From: Planctomycetota bacterium
GTDB lineage: Bacteria; Planctomycetota; UBA1135; UBA2386
Assembly: GCA_046290465.1 (NCBI GenBank)
Contig: JBKAGP010000001.1
Span: 6,400,001 to 6,464,000, forward strand
Length of the DNA stretch: 64,000 bases
Direction: 5' to 3'
Positions 36,343 through 45,650 of the stretch are shown here, piece after piece. Position numbers and translations under genes: made by a program. Positions within the stretch are counted from its first letter, which is position 1; each line of letters starts with the position of its first letter. A model generated the notes under the pieces. The model did not search any database. It worked only from the letters and a program-made list of their open reading frames with translations, and was not told where the DNA came from.

Positions 36343-37323
36343 TCAGCGGTTGCCGACGGCGTTGGCTTGGATCAGGGCGACCAGGAAGTTGCCGTCGAGG
36401 CGTTGGGCGGCGAGGGCGACCACGGAGCCGGGAGTGACCTCGGCGACGTTGGCCAGGCGCACGCCGCTGGTGCGCGGGATCTGGATCGTGACCGGCAGCG
36501 CGCCCTCGAGCACGTTGACCTTGACCTCGGGGATCGGGCGCTGCAGCTCCTGAAAGCGCAGGTCGCAGCTCAGGCCGATGCGGCCGTGCGGCAGGAACGT
36601 CGCGCAGACCTCGGCGCGGTGGCCGCTCCACACCACGTCGACGACCGGATCGGCGACCACCTCGTTGGCGTCCGATCGCTGCACGGTGAAGTCCTTGACG
36701 TAGGACGTCTGGTTGACGACCGACACCTCGGCCTGCTGCAGAGGCAGCACGCTGACCAGCGGCGCGGCCAGCTTGCCGGCCCCGTCGATCTTGTCGCACG
36801 TGGCCAGGAACAGCTTGGCCGCCTCCTTGCCGAACACCGACTGGAACGTGCTCGCGCCGTCGCCCTTCGCTTCGACCTTGGTCAGGTGCTCCCTCAGGTA
36901 CTTGCGGAACTTGCCGGCCGGCACGTCGAGCAGCTGCACCTCGATCGTCAGCAGGTCCTTCTGGTGCTTCTTGGCGGCGGTCAGGATCCGCTCGACGCTG
37001 GCGATGCGCTCGGCATCGGCGAACACCGCGATGCGATGCTCGCCGATCGCCGTCAGGTCGTCGCCCTTGCGCAGCGGCGGGTCGACGAACTGCCGCAGCA
37101 TGCGCGCGGCGCGTTCGCTGGCGGTGGCGTCGAACGGCGAGCGGTCGCCCTTCAGCATCAGCTCGACGCCGGGGCTGCCGTCGCGGATCAGGTCGCGCAG
37201 GTCGAACAGCTGCAGCTGCTGGTCGGTATCGGGCACCAGCACCCGCTGGGCGGACAGCGACGGCGGCAGCATGACCGTGGCGGTCAGCAGCGCAGGAAGG
37301 AGACGAAGGCAGCGAGGGGTCAT
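36343..37323 (-). CDS. minimal secretin-like protein (N3-like domain + secretin core)
   Basis: Signal peptide; FDLRDL; IAVFAD...LTIEVQLLDV; AAPLVSVLPLQQAEVSVVNQTSY...G; IQIP...VAEVTPGSVVAL. Confidence 0.6.
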   Translation of the reverse strand: MTPRCLRLLPALLTATVMLPPSLSAQRVLVPDTDQQLQLFDLRDLIRDGSPGVELMLKGDRSPFDATASERAARMLRQFVDPPLRKGDDLTAIGEHRIAVFADAERIASVERILTAAKKHQKDLLTIEVQLLDVPAGKFRKYLREHLTKVEAKGDGASTFQSVFGKEAAKLFLATCDKIDGAGKLAAPLVSVLPLQQAEVSVVNQTSYVKDFTVQRSDANEVVADPVVDVVWSGHRAEVCATFLPHGRIGLSCDLRFQELQRPIPEVKVNVLEGALPVTIQIPRTSGVRLANVAEVTPGSVVALAAQRLDGNFLVALIQANAVGNR

Positions 37324-37817
37324 CGGGTCAGGCTCCGGCGTTCGTAGGTCTCGAGCACGATGCGCTCGGTACGCATCAGGGGTTCGTGCACGGTGACGGT
37401 GGTGGAAGCGTTCAGGCGCGGCGCGATCTCGACGAGATCGGCCGACAGGATGCGCGGCGGACGCGGTGCCGGCTCGGGCGCCGGCGTCGTCAGCAGCGCC
37501 CACGCGCACAGCCCGGCGGCGACGCCGGCGACCGCGCCGATCGCAGCCGCGCGGCGCCAGCGCCCGGGGCGCCCGGCAGCAGGCCCGGCAGCAGGCCCGG
37601 CATGGCCAGCGGCAGCATCGGCAGCAGGGCCGGTCGACCGGTCGCCCGCGGCCGCAGGGGTCACCAGCAGGCGCAGGTCCTCGCGGGTGCGCGCAAACCG
37701 GTCGAGCAGCTCCGGGTGTCGTTCGAGCAGCTCGCGCAGCGCGGGGTCGTCGAGCGGGTCGATGCGCGCGTCGAGGCAGCGGTCGAGGTGGTCGCGATAG
37801 GCGTCGTTCGGATTCAC
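37320..37817 (-). CDS. putative membrane anti-sigma factor
   Basis: Overlaps the sigma stop; one TM; AAGP-rich linker. Confidence 0.6.
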   Translation of the reverse strand: MNPNDAYRDHLDRCLDARIDPLDDPALRELLERHPELLDRFARTREDLRLLVTPAAAGDRSTGPAADAAAGHAGPAAGPAAGRPGRWRRAAAIGAVAGVAAGLCAWALLTTPAPEPAPRPPRILSADLVEIAPRLNASTTVTVHEPLMRTERIVLETYERRSLTR

Positions 37818-38326
37818 GGGTTGCCTCCTTGGTCGCTGGCGCCGTCGGCGAGGCGTCGGCGGGCGCGGTGCAGGTGGGACTTGACGGTGTTGACCGGCAG
37901 TTGGTGGCGGTCGGCGAGCTGCTTCAGGCTGAGTTCGTCGCGGTGGAAGCCGAGCAGCAGCAGGCGCTCGACGTCGGGCAGCGCCGCCAGCCGGTGCCGC
38001 AACTCGTCGCGCAGCTCGGTCGGGCACGGCACGCTCGGCGCCGGCGCGGCCTGCAGCGCGTCGCTGGTCGGCGGCTGCCGTCGGCCCCGGGCCCGGTGGT
38101 CACAGAACACCCGGAACGCGGCGCGCTGCAGCCAGGCGCGGCCGTTCTGCCGCGGGTCGAACGACGCGCGCAGCTTCCAGACCTTGGCCAGCGCCTCCTG
38201 CAGCACGTCGTCGGCGTCCGCCTCGTGGCCGCACAGCCGCCGCACGAACGCGCGCAGCGTGGCGGTCTCACGGTGCAGGAACGCGCTGAACTGCTGGTCG
38301 TCGATGGCTGCGGCGGCGCCGGACAT
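37814..38326 (-). CDS. ECF RNA polymerase sigma factor
   Basis: ADDVLQEAL.KVW..FDP...AWL; LSLKQLA...PVNTVKSHLHRARRRL. Confidence 0.92.
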   Translation of the reverse strand: MSGAAAAIDDQQFSAFLHRETATLRAFVRRLCGHEADADDVLQEALAKVWKLRASFDPRQNGRAWLQRAAFRVFCDHRARGRRQPPTSDALQAAPAPSVPCPTELRDELRHRLAALPDVERLLLLGFHRDELSLKQLADRHQLPVNTVKSHLHRARRRLADGASDQGGNP

Positions 38327-38338
38327 GGCGTTCGTCCC

Positions 38339-38366
38339 TACCGCAGCGGTGCCGCGGGAAGTTGCA
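38339..38366 (-). promoter_or_regulatory. candidate ECF autoregulatory promoter TGCAAC-16-GCGGTA
   Basis: AAC-containing -35 just upstream of the sigma start; ECF genes are commonly autoregulated. Confidence 0.4.
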
Positions 38367-38439
38367 CGCGGCCGCGATGTTTTCGGTTCGCTCACCTGGT
38401 CGCACAGCGACCCGGGGCCGCCGCCGTCGATGCTACGCG

Positions 38440-40257
38440 TCAGTAGTCGGTCGCGGCGACGTCCGTCGGGATCAGCGGGAAGAACGTGCTGTCCATCAGC
38501 GCCGACTGCGAGAACAGCTGCGCGCCGAGCAGCGCGGCGGGGATCGCCGGCAGCGTGACCACCGAGGCGCGCGTGATCGGGTCCTGCACCGCGACGTCGA
38601 GGATCGCGTAGTCGCTGAACTGCGCGCCGATGCCGAGGCTGACCAGACCCGGCGCGAAGCTCGGCTGGTTGCTGAAGCTCAGGATCACGAAGCAGAACGC
38701 GAAGCCCTGCACGTTCCCCTGGTGGCTGACCCAGTGCTGCGACTCGCCGGTCAGCCGGTCGTTCTCGGTGCGCAGCGTCGGCGTCAGCGGCTCGACCAGG
38801 TCGACCGACAGCGGGTTGCTGATGCGGGTCGGGTTCAGCAGCGTCAGCGGGTAGGTGCCGGGAGCGAGGCCCTGCGGGATCGAGACCTCGACGGTCTGGT
38901 GGTCGATGACGCGCACGAAGCCGTCGAACCACAGCCGTTGGTCGGCGCCGAGCACGAACGGTCCGAGCGCCGCCTGCTCGACGAAGCCGAGGTCGTTGCC
39001 GGTGAACACCAGCGTGTCGCCGGTCACCGTGTCGATGCTCTGCAGGTTGCCGGAGGTGACGTCGGGCGACGGCAGGATGCACTCGGTCGCCAGGTTGGCG
39101 CGCAGCGAGCCGGTGCCGGTCGGCGCCAGCGTCGCGCCGTTCGGCTGCGTCGTCACGGCGACGGTCAGGTCGACCGCCAGGCCGAAGAACGTGTTGTTCT
39201 GGCCGGCGCCGACGCCGACGTGGGCGGCGATGCTCTGCTGCACCGACAGCTCGCCGCCGTCGTTGTCTTCGACGCCGTGCAGCGCGCCGGCGACCGACGT
39301 GTAGTAGCGCCAGCCGTCGGGATCGACCGGGCCGCCGTTGGCCGCGTACGACGTCGCGAGCAGGTCCTGGATCGGCACCGCGACCGGCGGGTGGCCGGCG
39401 TCACCGGGGTCGACCCGGTTCGAGAACGTCACGTCGAGCGTCCACGCGTCGGCGCGGTCGGTCTGGCTGCGCACCGTGCCGGTCAGCTGCGCCTGGCCCT
39501 GGTCGTCCTCGACGAACCGAACGTCCGGCATCAGCAGGTAGTCGTCGGCCAGCCCGCCGATCGCCAGCGTGCGTCGGCTGCCGTTGGCGACGTGCGCCGG
39601 ATCGGGATCGGTGTGCGAGGCGCAACGGTCGGCCTGCGGCACGAAGTCGGCGCGCAGCTCTGCCGGGCCGGTCGGCGCGAACGGCTCCGAGATCGACGGC
39701 TGCGTGATCGTGACCTGCAGGTCGACCGCGAGGCCGTCGCCGACGTTCTTGTTGTTGGCGCCGGCGCCGAACTGGGCGTTGCTGGTCGCCTGCAGGTCGC
39801 AGCGCAGCCCGGCGAACGCGCGCAGGCCGGTGATCGTGCCGGTGACGCTGGTGTAGTAGACGAACGTGCTCGGGTCGACCGGGCCGGCCGGCGCGTAGGC
39901 CGAGGCCTGCAGCGTGGTGATCGGCGAGCCGGCCGGTGGGTGGGCGGGCTGTCCCGGCAGGACCTCGCCGTCGAACTGCAGTTCGACGTAGAGGTCGCGA
40001 TCGAGCGCGCCGCGGCGCTGGGCGAACACCCCGAGCCGCGCCTGGCCGTTCTGGTCGCGCGACCACTGGCCGTCCGCGAACACGACGAAGTCGTCGGCGA
40101 CGCCGGGGATCGACAGCACGAACTCGCCGGTCTCGACGGCCGACGCATCGGGCGCGGCGACCGTGGCGGTCGCGCGGGGTGGGGCTTGCGCCGGCAGGGC
40201 CGCCGCGCAGGCAGCCAGCGTCGACGCGGTCCATAGGCGAAGACGACGGACTCTCAT
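38440..40257 (-). CDS. secreted protein: duplicated ~150-aa beta domain + IPT/TIG-like domain + C-terminal domain (paralog 1)
   Basis: Signal peptide; GPVDP..YYT..G..G motif x2; LVFTGNDL; strong similarity to the neighbouring gene. Confidence 0.8.
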   Translation of the reverse strand: MRVRRLRLWTASTLAACAAALPAQAPPRATATVAAPDASAVETGEFVLSIPGVADDFVVFADGQWSRDQNGQARLGVFAQRRGALDRDLYVELQFDGEVLPGQPAHPPAGSPITTLQASAYAPAGPVDPSTFVYYTSVTGTITGLRAFAGLRCDLQATSNAQFGAGANNKNVGDGLAVDLQVTITQPSISEPFAPTGPAELRADFVPQADRCASHTDPDPAHVANGSRRTLAIGGLADDYLLMPDVRFVEDDQGQAQLTGTVRSQTDRADAWTLDVTFSNRVDPGDAGHPPVAVPIQDLLATSYAANGGPVDPDGWRYYTSVAGALHGVEDNDGGELSVQQSIAAHVGVGAGQNNTFFGLAVDLTVAVTTQPNGATLAPTGTGSLRANLATECILPSPDVTSGNLQSIDTVTGDTLVFTGNDLGFVEQAALGPFVLGADQRLWFDGFVRVIDHQTVEVSIPQGLAPGTYPLTLLNPTRISNPLSVDLVEPLTPTLRTENDRLTGESQHWVSHQGNVQGFAFCFVILSFSNQPSFAPGLVSLGIGAQFSDYAILDVAVQDPITRASVVTLPAIPAALLGAQLFSQSALMDSTFFPLIPTDVAATDY

Positions 40258-40370
40258 GCGCCGATAGCATACCCCGCCGGTGGTGGGGCGGCAGCGTCCC
40301 CGGACGAGACGACCTGCGGTGCTCCGGAACGGGACGGCCGATGGCGGCCGCCCCTGCGGCGCTGCCGCGG

Positions 40371-42200
40371 TCAGTAGATCGTCGTCGTGACGTTGCTCGA
40401 GACCAGCGGGAACAGCGTCGGTCCGGCGAGCGCCGCCTGCGAGAACAGCGTCGTGCCCTGCAGCAGCGCCGGCAGCGTCGGGTTGGTGACGACGGCGAGG
40501 TTTTGGATCGGGTCGACCAGCGTGTCGGCCAGCACGAACAGTTCGATCAGGTTGTTGCCGATCTGCAGGTCGACGAAGCCCGGCAGGACGCTCGGCTGGT
40601 TGGAGAAGCTGATGCAGACGAACGCCAGCAGCGCGTTGCCGCCCGCACCGCGGTGCACGATCCAGCGCTGCGCCTCGGTCGCGAGCCGGTCGGGTGCGGT
40701 CTGCAGCGTCGGCACCAGCGGTTCGACGACGTCGAGCGTCAGCGCGTTGCTGACCCGGTTGGGGTTGAGCAGCGCCAGCGGATACTGCGCCGGCGGCAGG
40801 CCCTGCGGGATCGACAGCTCGACGGTGTCGTGGTCGAGCACGCGCACGAAGCCGTCGAACCAGCGGCGGTCGTCGTCGCCGACGATGTTCTGGCCGATCG
40901 CCGCCTGCTGCACGAAGCCGAGGTCGTTGCCGGTGAACGTCAGCGTCGTGCCGGTGACGTTCTCGATCGTCTGGCCGTCGCCGGTCAGCACCTCGGGCGC
41001 CGGCAGGATGCAGCTGGTCGCGAGGTTGGCGCGCAGCTCGGCGTCGCCGGTCGGCTGCAGCGCCCCGACGTTGGGCTGCTGCGACACCGTGATCGCAAAT
41101 GAGCCCGACAGCCCGAAGAAGCCGTTGCCCTGGTCGGCGCCGAGGCCGACCTGCAGCGGGCCGGTCGCGGCCAGCTGCAGCGACGCGCCGTCGTTGGCGC
41201 CGAGTCCGGTCAGGATCGCCGACGCCTGCTGGTAGTAGCGCCAGCCGGCGGGATCGATCGGGCCACCCTGGGCGACGTAGGCGCCCGGCAGCAGCAGCGT
41301 GGTCGGCGCGCCCTGCGGCGGGTGGTTGGCGTCGCCCGGATCGACGCGCTGGTCGAACAGGAACTGCGCGCCGAAGCGGTCGGCGTAGTCCGACTGGCGC
41401 ACGAACGTGCCGGCCAGCGTCGCGGTGCCGGTGGCGTTCTCGACGAATGCGCCGGCCGGCAGGAACAGGTAGTCGTCGGCGATCCCCGGCAGCTGCAGCG
41501 CGATGCGATCGGTCTGGCCGCTGAGCGCGGCGTCGCCGTCGACGTGGGTCGCGCACAGTTCGATCTGCGGCTCGAAGTTGGCGCGCAGCTCGGCCGGGCC
41601 GGTCGGCGCGAACGCCGCGCTGCTCGGCGGCTGCACGACGGTCAGGTCGAGGTCGGCGGCGAAGCCGTGCAGCACGTTCTTGTTGCTGGCACCGATGCCG
41701 ACCTGGGCGACGCCGCTGGTGACGACGTCGACGCGCAGCCCGGCGAACGCGCGCAGGCCGGTCATCGTGCCGCTGACCTGCGTGAAGTACGTCCACGTGC
41801 TCGGATCGACCGGACCGATCGGCGCGTAGGCCGACGGGTCGAGCGTCGCGATCGGGCTGCCGGCCGGCGGATGGTTGGCTGCGCCGGGCGCGACCTCGCC
41901 ATCGAACGTCAGTTCGACGAACAGGTCGCGGTCGACGGCGCCGAGCCGCTGGGCGTAGCCGGACCAGTGGGCCGTGCCGTTGCCCGACGCGCGCCACTGG
42001 CCGTCGGCGAACAGCACGAAGTCGTCGTCGACGCCGGGGATCGCGAGCAGGAAGCCGCCGGTCTCGGTGGCGGCGGCGTCGGCCTCCGCTGGCACGGTGG
42101 CGGCACGGGTCGGGACCTGGGCGAGGGCTTCGGGTGAGGACAGGCAGGCGGCCGCGGCGACGACGAAGGCGGCGCGGGCAGGGGCGAGGCGCGGGTTCAT
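40371..42200 (-). CDS. secreted protein, paralog 2 of the tandem pair
   Basis: Same architecture; shared strings such as GLRAFAGLR, FAPTGPAELRA, WFDGFVRV. Confidence 0.8.
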   Translation of the reverse strand: MNPRLAPARAAFVVAAAACLSSPEALAQVPTRAATVPAEADAAATETGGFLLAIPGVDDDFVLFADGQWRASGNGTAHWSGYAQRLGAVDRDLFVELTFDGEVAPGAANHPPAGSPIATLDPSAYAPIGPVDPSTWTYFTQVSGTMTGLRAFAGLRVDVVTSGVAQVGIGASNKNVLHGFAADLDLTVVQPPSSAAFAPTGPAELRANFEPQIELCATHVDGDAALSGQTDRIALQLPGIADDYLFLPAGAFVENATGTATLAGTFVRQSDYADRFGAQFLFDQRVDPGDANHPPQGAPTTLLLPGAYVAQGGPIDPAGWRYYQQASAILTGLGANDGASLQLAATGPLQVGLGADQGNGFFGLSGSFAITVSQQPNVGALQPTGDAELRANLATSCILPAPEVLTGDGQTIENVTGTTLTFTGNDLGFVQQAAIGQNIVGDDDRRWFDGFVRVLDHDTVELSIPQGLPPAQYPLALLNPNRVSNALTLDVVEPLVPTLQTAPDRLATEAQRWIVHRGAGGNALLAFVCISFSNQPSVLPGFVDLQIGNNLIELFVLADTLVDPIQNLAVVTNPTLPALLQGTTLFSQAALAGPTLFPLVSSNVTTTIY

Positions 42201-42332
42201 TGCCGCACAGGATAGCCAAAACGCCCATGCCATCGGGCCGAGGATCGGCGGCCTGGCGGGCTCGGTTTCGGCTCGCGCGCAGTTGGCGTTTGGCTCCACC
42301 GCGCGCGCCGCATACGGTTCGCGAGGTCTGCC

Positions 42333-43889
42333 ATGTCCCGCGGTTCCGCTTCCCACTCCATCGTCGTGCCGCCGTTCGGTCGTCGCCATTGGCTGTGGAT
42401 CGGGATCGCGCTGCTAGTCGGCGCGGCGCTGCGGCTGTGGGGACTCGGCGAGTGGTCGTTCTGGGTCGACGAAGGCCACACCTGGCGCGACGCGACCATG
42501 CCGCTGACCGGCGAGCGCGGCTTCCTGTCGACGGACCGGGTCCGCTACGGCATCCCGTTCCTGCTGCTGCGGCTGCTGCTCGGCCTCGGGGTCACCGGCT
42601 ATGACGAGGCGTCGGTGCGGCTGCCGTTCGCGCTGGTCGGCATCGCGACGGTGCCGGCGATGGCGATCTGCGGCCGGCGGCTGGTAGGCGCCTGGCCGGC
42701 GGTGGTGTCGGCGATGCTGCTGGCGCTCAACCCGTGGCACGTCTACTGGAGCCAGAACGCGCGCGGCTACGGCCTGGCGCTGCTGCTGTGCCTGCTGGCG
42801 CTGCACCGCGCGCACCTGTGGCACGGAACGCGCAGCCTGCGCGACCTGCTGCTGACGCTGCTGCTGGTCGCGCTGTCGGCGGCGAGCCACCCGACCATGG
42901 GCATGCTGGCGGCGGCGTTCGCTGGCTACCTGTTCGTGCGGCGCGGCTTCCGATCGATGCTCGGGGCGCGGGTCACGTCCGCGGTCGCCGCGCTGGTGGC
43001 GCTGGTCGTGCTGCCGGTCCTGATCCGGGTGCTGCACGGCTACGACCTGCTGCCGTTCGGCGGCTTCATGAACGCCAAGGCCGACCCGTCGCTGCGCCAC
43101 TTCGTCGAGACCAGCCTCTACTACTTCCGTCCGGCGACGCTGCTGGCCGGCCTGCTCGGCATGCTGGTCGCGCCGCGCGTGCTCGGCCGCGACCGCGCGC
43201 TGTTCCTGATCTGCATGGTGCTGGTGCCGATGCTGGTGCTGACCGGGGTCAGCGCCAGCCTCGTCAAGGTCACCGCGCGCTACGGCATCTGCGCGCTGCC
43301 GGTGTTGACCTGGCTGGTGGCGCTGCTGCTGGTCGTGGTGGCGCGGCGCGTGCGCGCGACGTCGCTGCCGCTGGCGCTGCTGCTGCCGGGGCTGCTGGCG
43401 GCCGACTCGCTGCGCCTCGACGTCGCCTACTACACCTCGCAGCACGGCCAGCGGGCGCGCTGGCGCGAGGCGGCGCAGTTCGTGCGCGCCGAGGCGGCGC
43501 GCCGCGGCCTGGCCGGTGTCTACGCGGTCTCGACCAACGAACCGGCGATGCTGTACTACCTGCGCCGCAAGCACTGGTTCTTGATGGCGAACGACCCGCA
43601 CCCCGGCTACGCGGTGCAGGTGCTGCTGCGCGAGACGATCGAGGGCGGCCTCGACCGCGACAGCAACCGGCTGCACCCTCCGGGCGTCGAGGCGCACGTG
43701 CAGTGGCTGCGCGACCAGTGCGGCGGCGGCCGGCTGCTGGCGGTGATGGTCACGCTGCCCGAACTGCGCGAACAGGATCCTGCTGGCGCCTTCGAGGCGC
43801 TGCTGCACCAGGAGTTCGAACTCGCCCTGCACCTGCCGTGCTGGGTCGGTCCGAAGGACCAGAGCGTCTACGTTTATCTGCCGAAGTGA
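42333..43889 (+). CDS. GT-C (PMT/ArnT-like) membrane glycosyltransferase
   Basis: LRLWGLGEWSFWVDE, RLPFALVG, PWHVYWSQNARGY; multi-TM. Confidence 0.82.
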   Translation: MSRGSASHSIVVPPFGRRHWLWIGIALLVGAALRLWGLGEWSFWVDEGHTWRDATMPLTGERGFLSTDRVRYGIPFLLLRLLLGLGVTGYDEASVRLPFALVGIATVPAMAICGRRLVGAWPAVVSAMLLALNPWHVYWSQNARGYGLALLLCLLALHRAHLWHGTRSLRDLLLTLLLVALSAASHPTMGMLAAAFAGYLFVRRGFRSMLGARVTSAVAALVALVVLPVLIRVLHGYDLLPFGGFMNAKADPSLRHFVETSLYYFRPATLLAGLLGMLVAPRVLGRDRALFLICMVLVPMLVLTGVSASLVKVTARYGICALPVLTWLVALLLVVVARRVRATSLPLALLLPGLLAADSLRLDVAYYTSQHGQRARWREAAQFVRAEAARRGLAGVYAVSTNEPAMLYYLRRKHWFLMANDPHPGYAVQVLLRETIEGGLDRDSNRLHPPGVEAHVQWLRDQCGGGRLLAVMVTLPELREQDPAGAFEALLHQEFELALHLPCWVGPKDQSVYVYLPK

Positions 43890-43897
43890 GAAGTGCG

Positions 43898-45565
43898 ATG
43901 TCGTCGAAGGGTCGAGCCAGCTTGCTGCTGTGGTTGTTCTCGTTGGTGCTGCTGCCGTCGTGCGCGTCGGCGCCCGCCGGCACCCGCGAACGGCGCGCCG
44001 ACGTCTGCGTCTACGGCGCCACCTCTGCCGGCATCATCGCGGCGCTCCGCGCCACCCGGCTCGGCCTCGAGGTCGTGCTGCTCGACGCCGACGGCTGGGT
44101 CGGCGGCCTGACCACGTCGGGCCTCGGCGCGACCGATGTCGGCAACCAGGACGCGATCGGCGGGCTTTCGCGTTCGTTCTACCAGCGGCTGCGGGACCAC
44201 TACGATCGGCCCGAGGCCTGGACCTGGCAGACGCGCGAGCAGTTCGGCGGCCGCGGCCATCGCCCCGGTGAGGATGCGGCGTGGACGTTCGAACCGAGCG
44301 TCGCGCAGGCGACGTTCGCCGCGATGCTGGCCGAGCACGGCGTCGTGCCGGTGCGCACCCGTCTGCGGCGCGACGGCCACGGGGTCGACAAGCGCGGGAC
44401 CCGCGTCGAGGCGATCCACTGCGAGGACGGCACCACGGTGCGCGCGCGCGTATTCCTCGACTGCAGCTACGAGGGCGACCTGTTCGCCGCAGCCGGCTGC
44501 GCCTGGTTCGTCGGCCGCGAGGCCGGCGACGTCTACGGCGAGACGCTCAACGGCGTGCAGATCGAGCGCGCCGTCAAGCACCAGTTCGACCGGCCGGTCG
44601 ACCCGTTCGTGGTGCCGGGCGACCAGGGCAGCGGCCTGCTCGCGCACGTGCACGCCGGCGACCCCGGTGAGCAGGGCGACGGCGACCGCAGGGTGCAGGC
44701 CTACTGCCTGCGCATGTGCGCCACCGACCACCCGGACAACCGCGTGCCGTGGCCCAAGCCCGCCGACTACGACGAACGCGAGTACGAACTGCTGCTGCGC
44801 TACTTCGAGGCCGGCAGCACGCACCGGCCGTGGCATCCGGTGCGCATGCCCAACCGCAAGACCGACAGCAACAACAACGGCGCGTTCTCGACCGACTACC
44901 TCGGCGGCAGCGACCGCTGGCCCGAGGCCAGCTACGCCGAACGGGAGGCGATCTACCGAGAGCACCTGCGCTACCAGCAGGGCCTGATGTGGACGCTCGC
45001 CAACCACGAGCGGGTGCCGGCGGACGTGCGCGCGCACTTCGCGTCGTACGGCCTCGCCCGCGACGAGTTCGTCGAGCACGGGCACTGGCCGCCGATGCTC
45101 TACATCCGCGAGGGCCGTCGCCTGCTCGGCGAAGCGGTCGTGCTCGAACAGCACTGCATGGGCCAGCTGGTGTTCTCCGACCCGGTCGGCATGGGCGCCT
45201 ACGCGATGGACAGCCACAACACGCAGCGCTACGTCGCCGCCGACGGCAGCGCCCGCAACGAGGGCGACGTGCAGGTGCGGGTGCCGCAGCCGTACGGCAT
45301 CTCCTACCGGGCGCTGACGCCGCGCTACCGGGACGCCGACAACCTGCTGGTGCCGGTCGGGCTGAGCGCGTCGCACATCGCGTTTGGTTCGGTGCGCATG
45401 GAGCCGGTGTTCATGCTGCTGGCCGACTCGGCCGCGTTCGCCGCGGCGCTCGCGATCGAGCGCGACTGCGCGGTGCAGGACGTGCCGTATCCGGAGCTGC
45501 GCGAGCGGTTGCTGGCGGCGGGCCAGGTGCTGTCGTGGCCGGCTTCCGGGGGCGAAGCGCGCTGA
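43898..45565 (+). CDS. exported FAD-dependent oxidoreductase
   Basis: Lipobox-like LLPSC; VYGATSAG, GGLTTSGLG, DCSYEGDL, YIREGRR, SASHIAFGSVRMEP. Confidence 0.88.
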   Translation: MSSKGRASLLLWLFSLVLLPSCASAPAGTRERRADVCVYGATSAGIIAALRATRLGLEVVLLDADGWVGGLTTSGLGATDVGNQDAIGGLSRSFYQRLRDHYDRPEAWTWQTREQFGGRGHRPGEDAAWTFEPSVAQATFAAMLAEHGVVPVRTRLRRDGHGVDKRGTRVEAIHCEDGTTVRARVFLDCSYEGDLFAAAGCAWFVGREAGDVYGETLNGVQIERAVKHQFDRPVDPFVVPGDQGSGLLAHVHAGDPGEQGDGDRRVQAYCLRMCATDHPDNRVPWPKPADYDEREYELLLRYFEAGSTHRPWHPVRMPNRKTDSNNNGAFSTDYLGGSDRWPEASYAEREAIYREHLRYQQGLMWTLANHERVPADVRAHFASYGLARDEFVEHGHWPPMLYIREGRRLLGEAVVLEQHCMGQLVFSDPVGMGAYAMDSHNTQRYVAADGSARNEGDVQVRVPQPYGISYRALTPRYRDADNLLVPVGLSASHIAFGSVRMEPVFMLLADSAAFAAALAIERDCAVQDVPYPELRERLLAAGQVLSWPASGGEAR

Positions 45566-45650
45566 CCCGGAGCTCGGGGGATTTCCCCGATGGCATGGCC
45601 GCCGCGCGCATTTGCTTGCAGCGTGTTCGCGGGAGGTCGATCATGCCTCG

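Noticed and set aside
38440..42228. 1262-aa ORF as one protein
   Set aside because: The N-terminal half is an off-frame shadow of 40371..42200; the real start is 40257, with a signal peptide and -10 box
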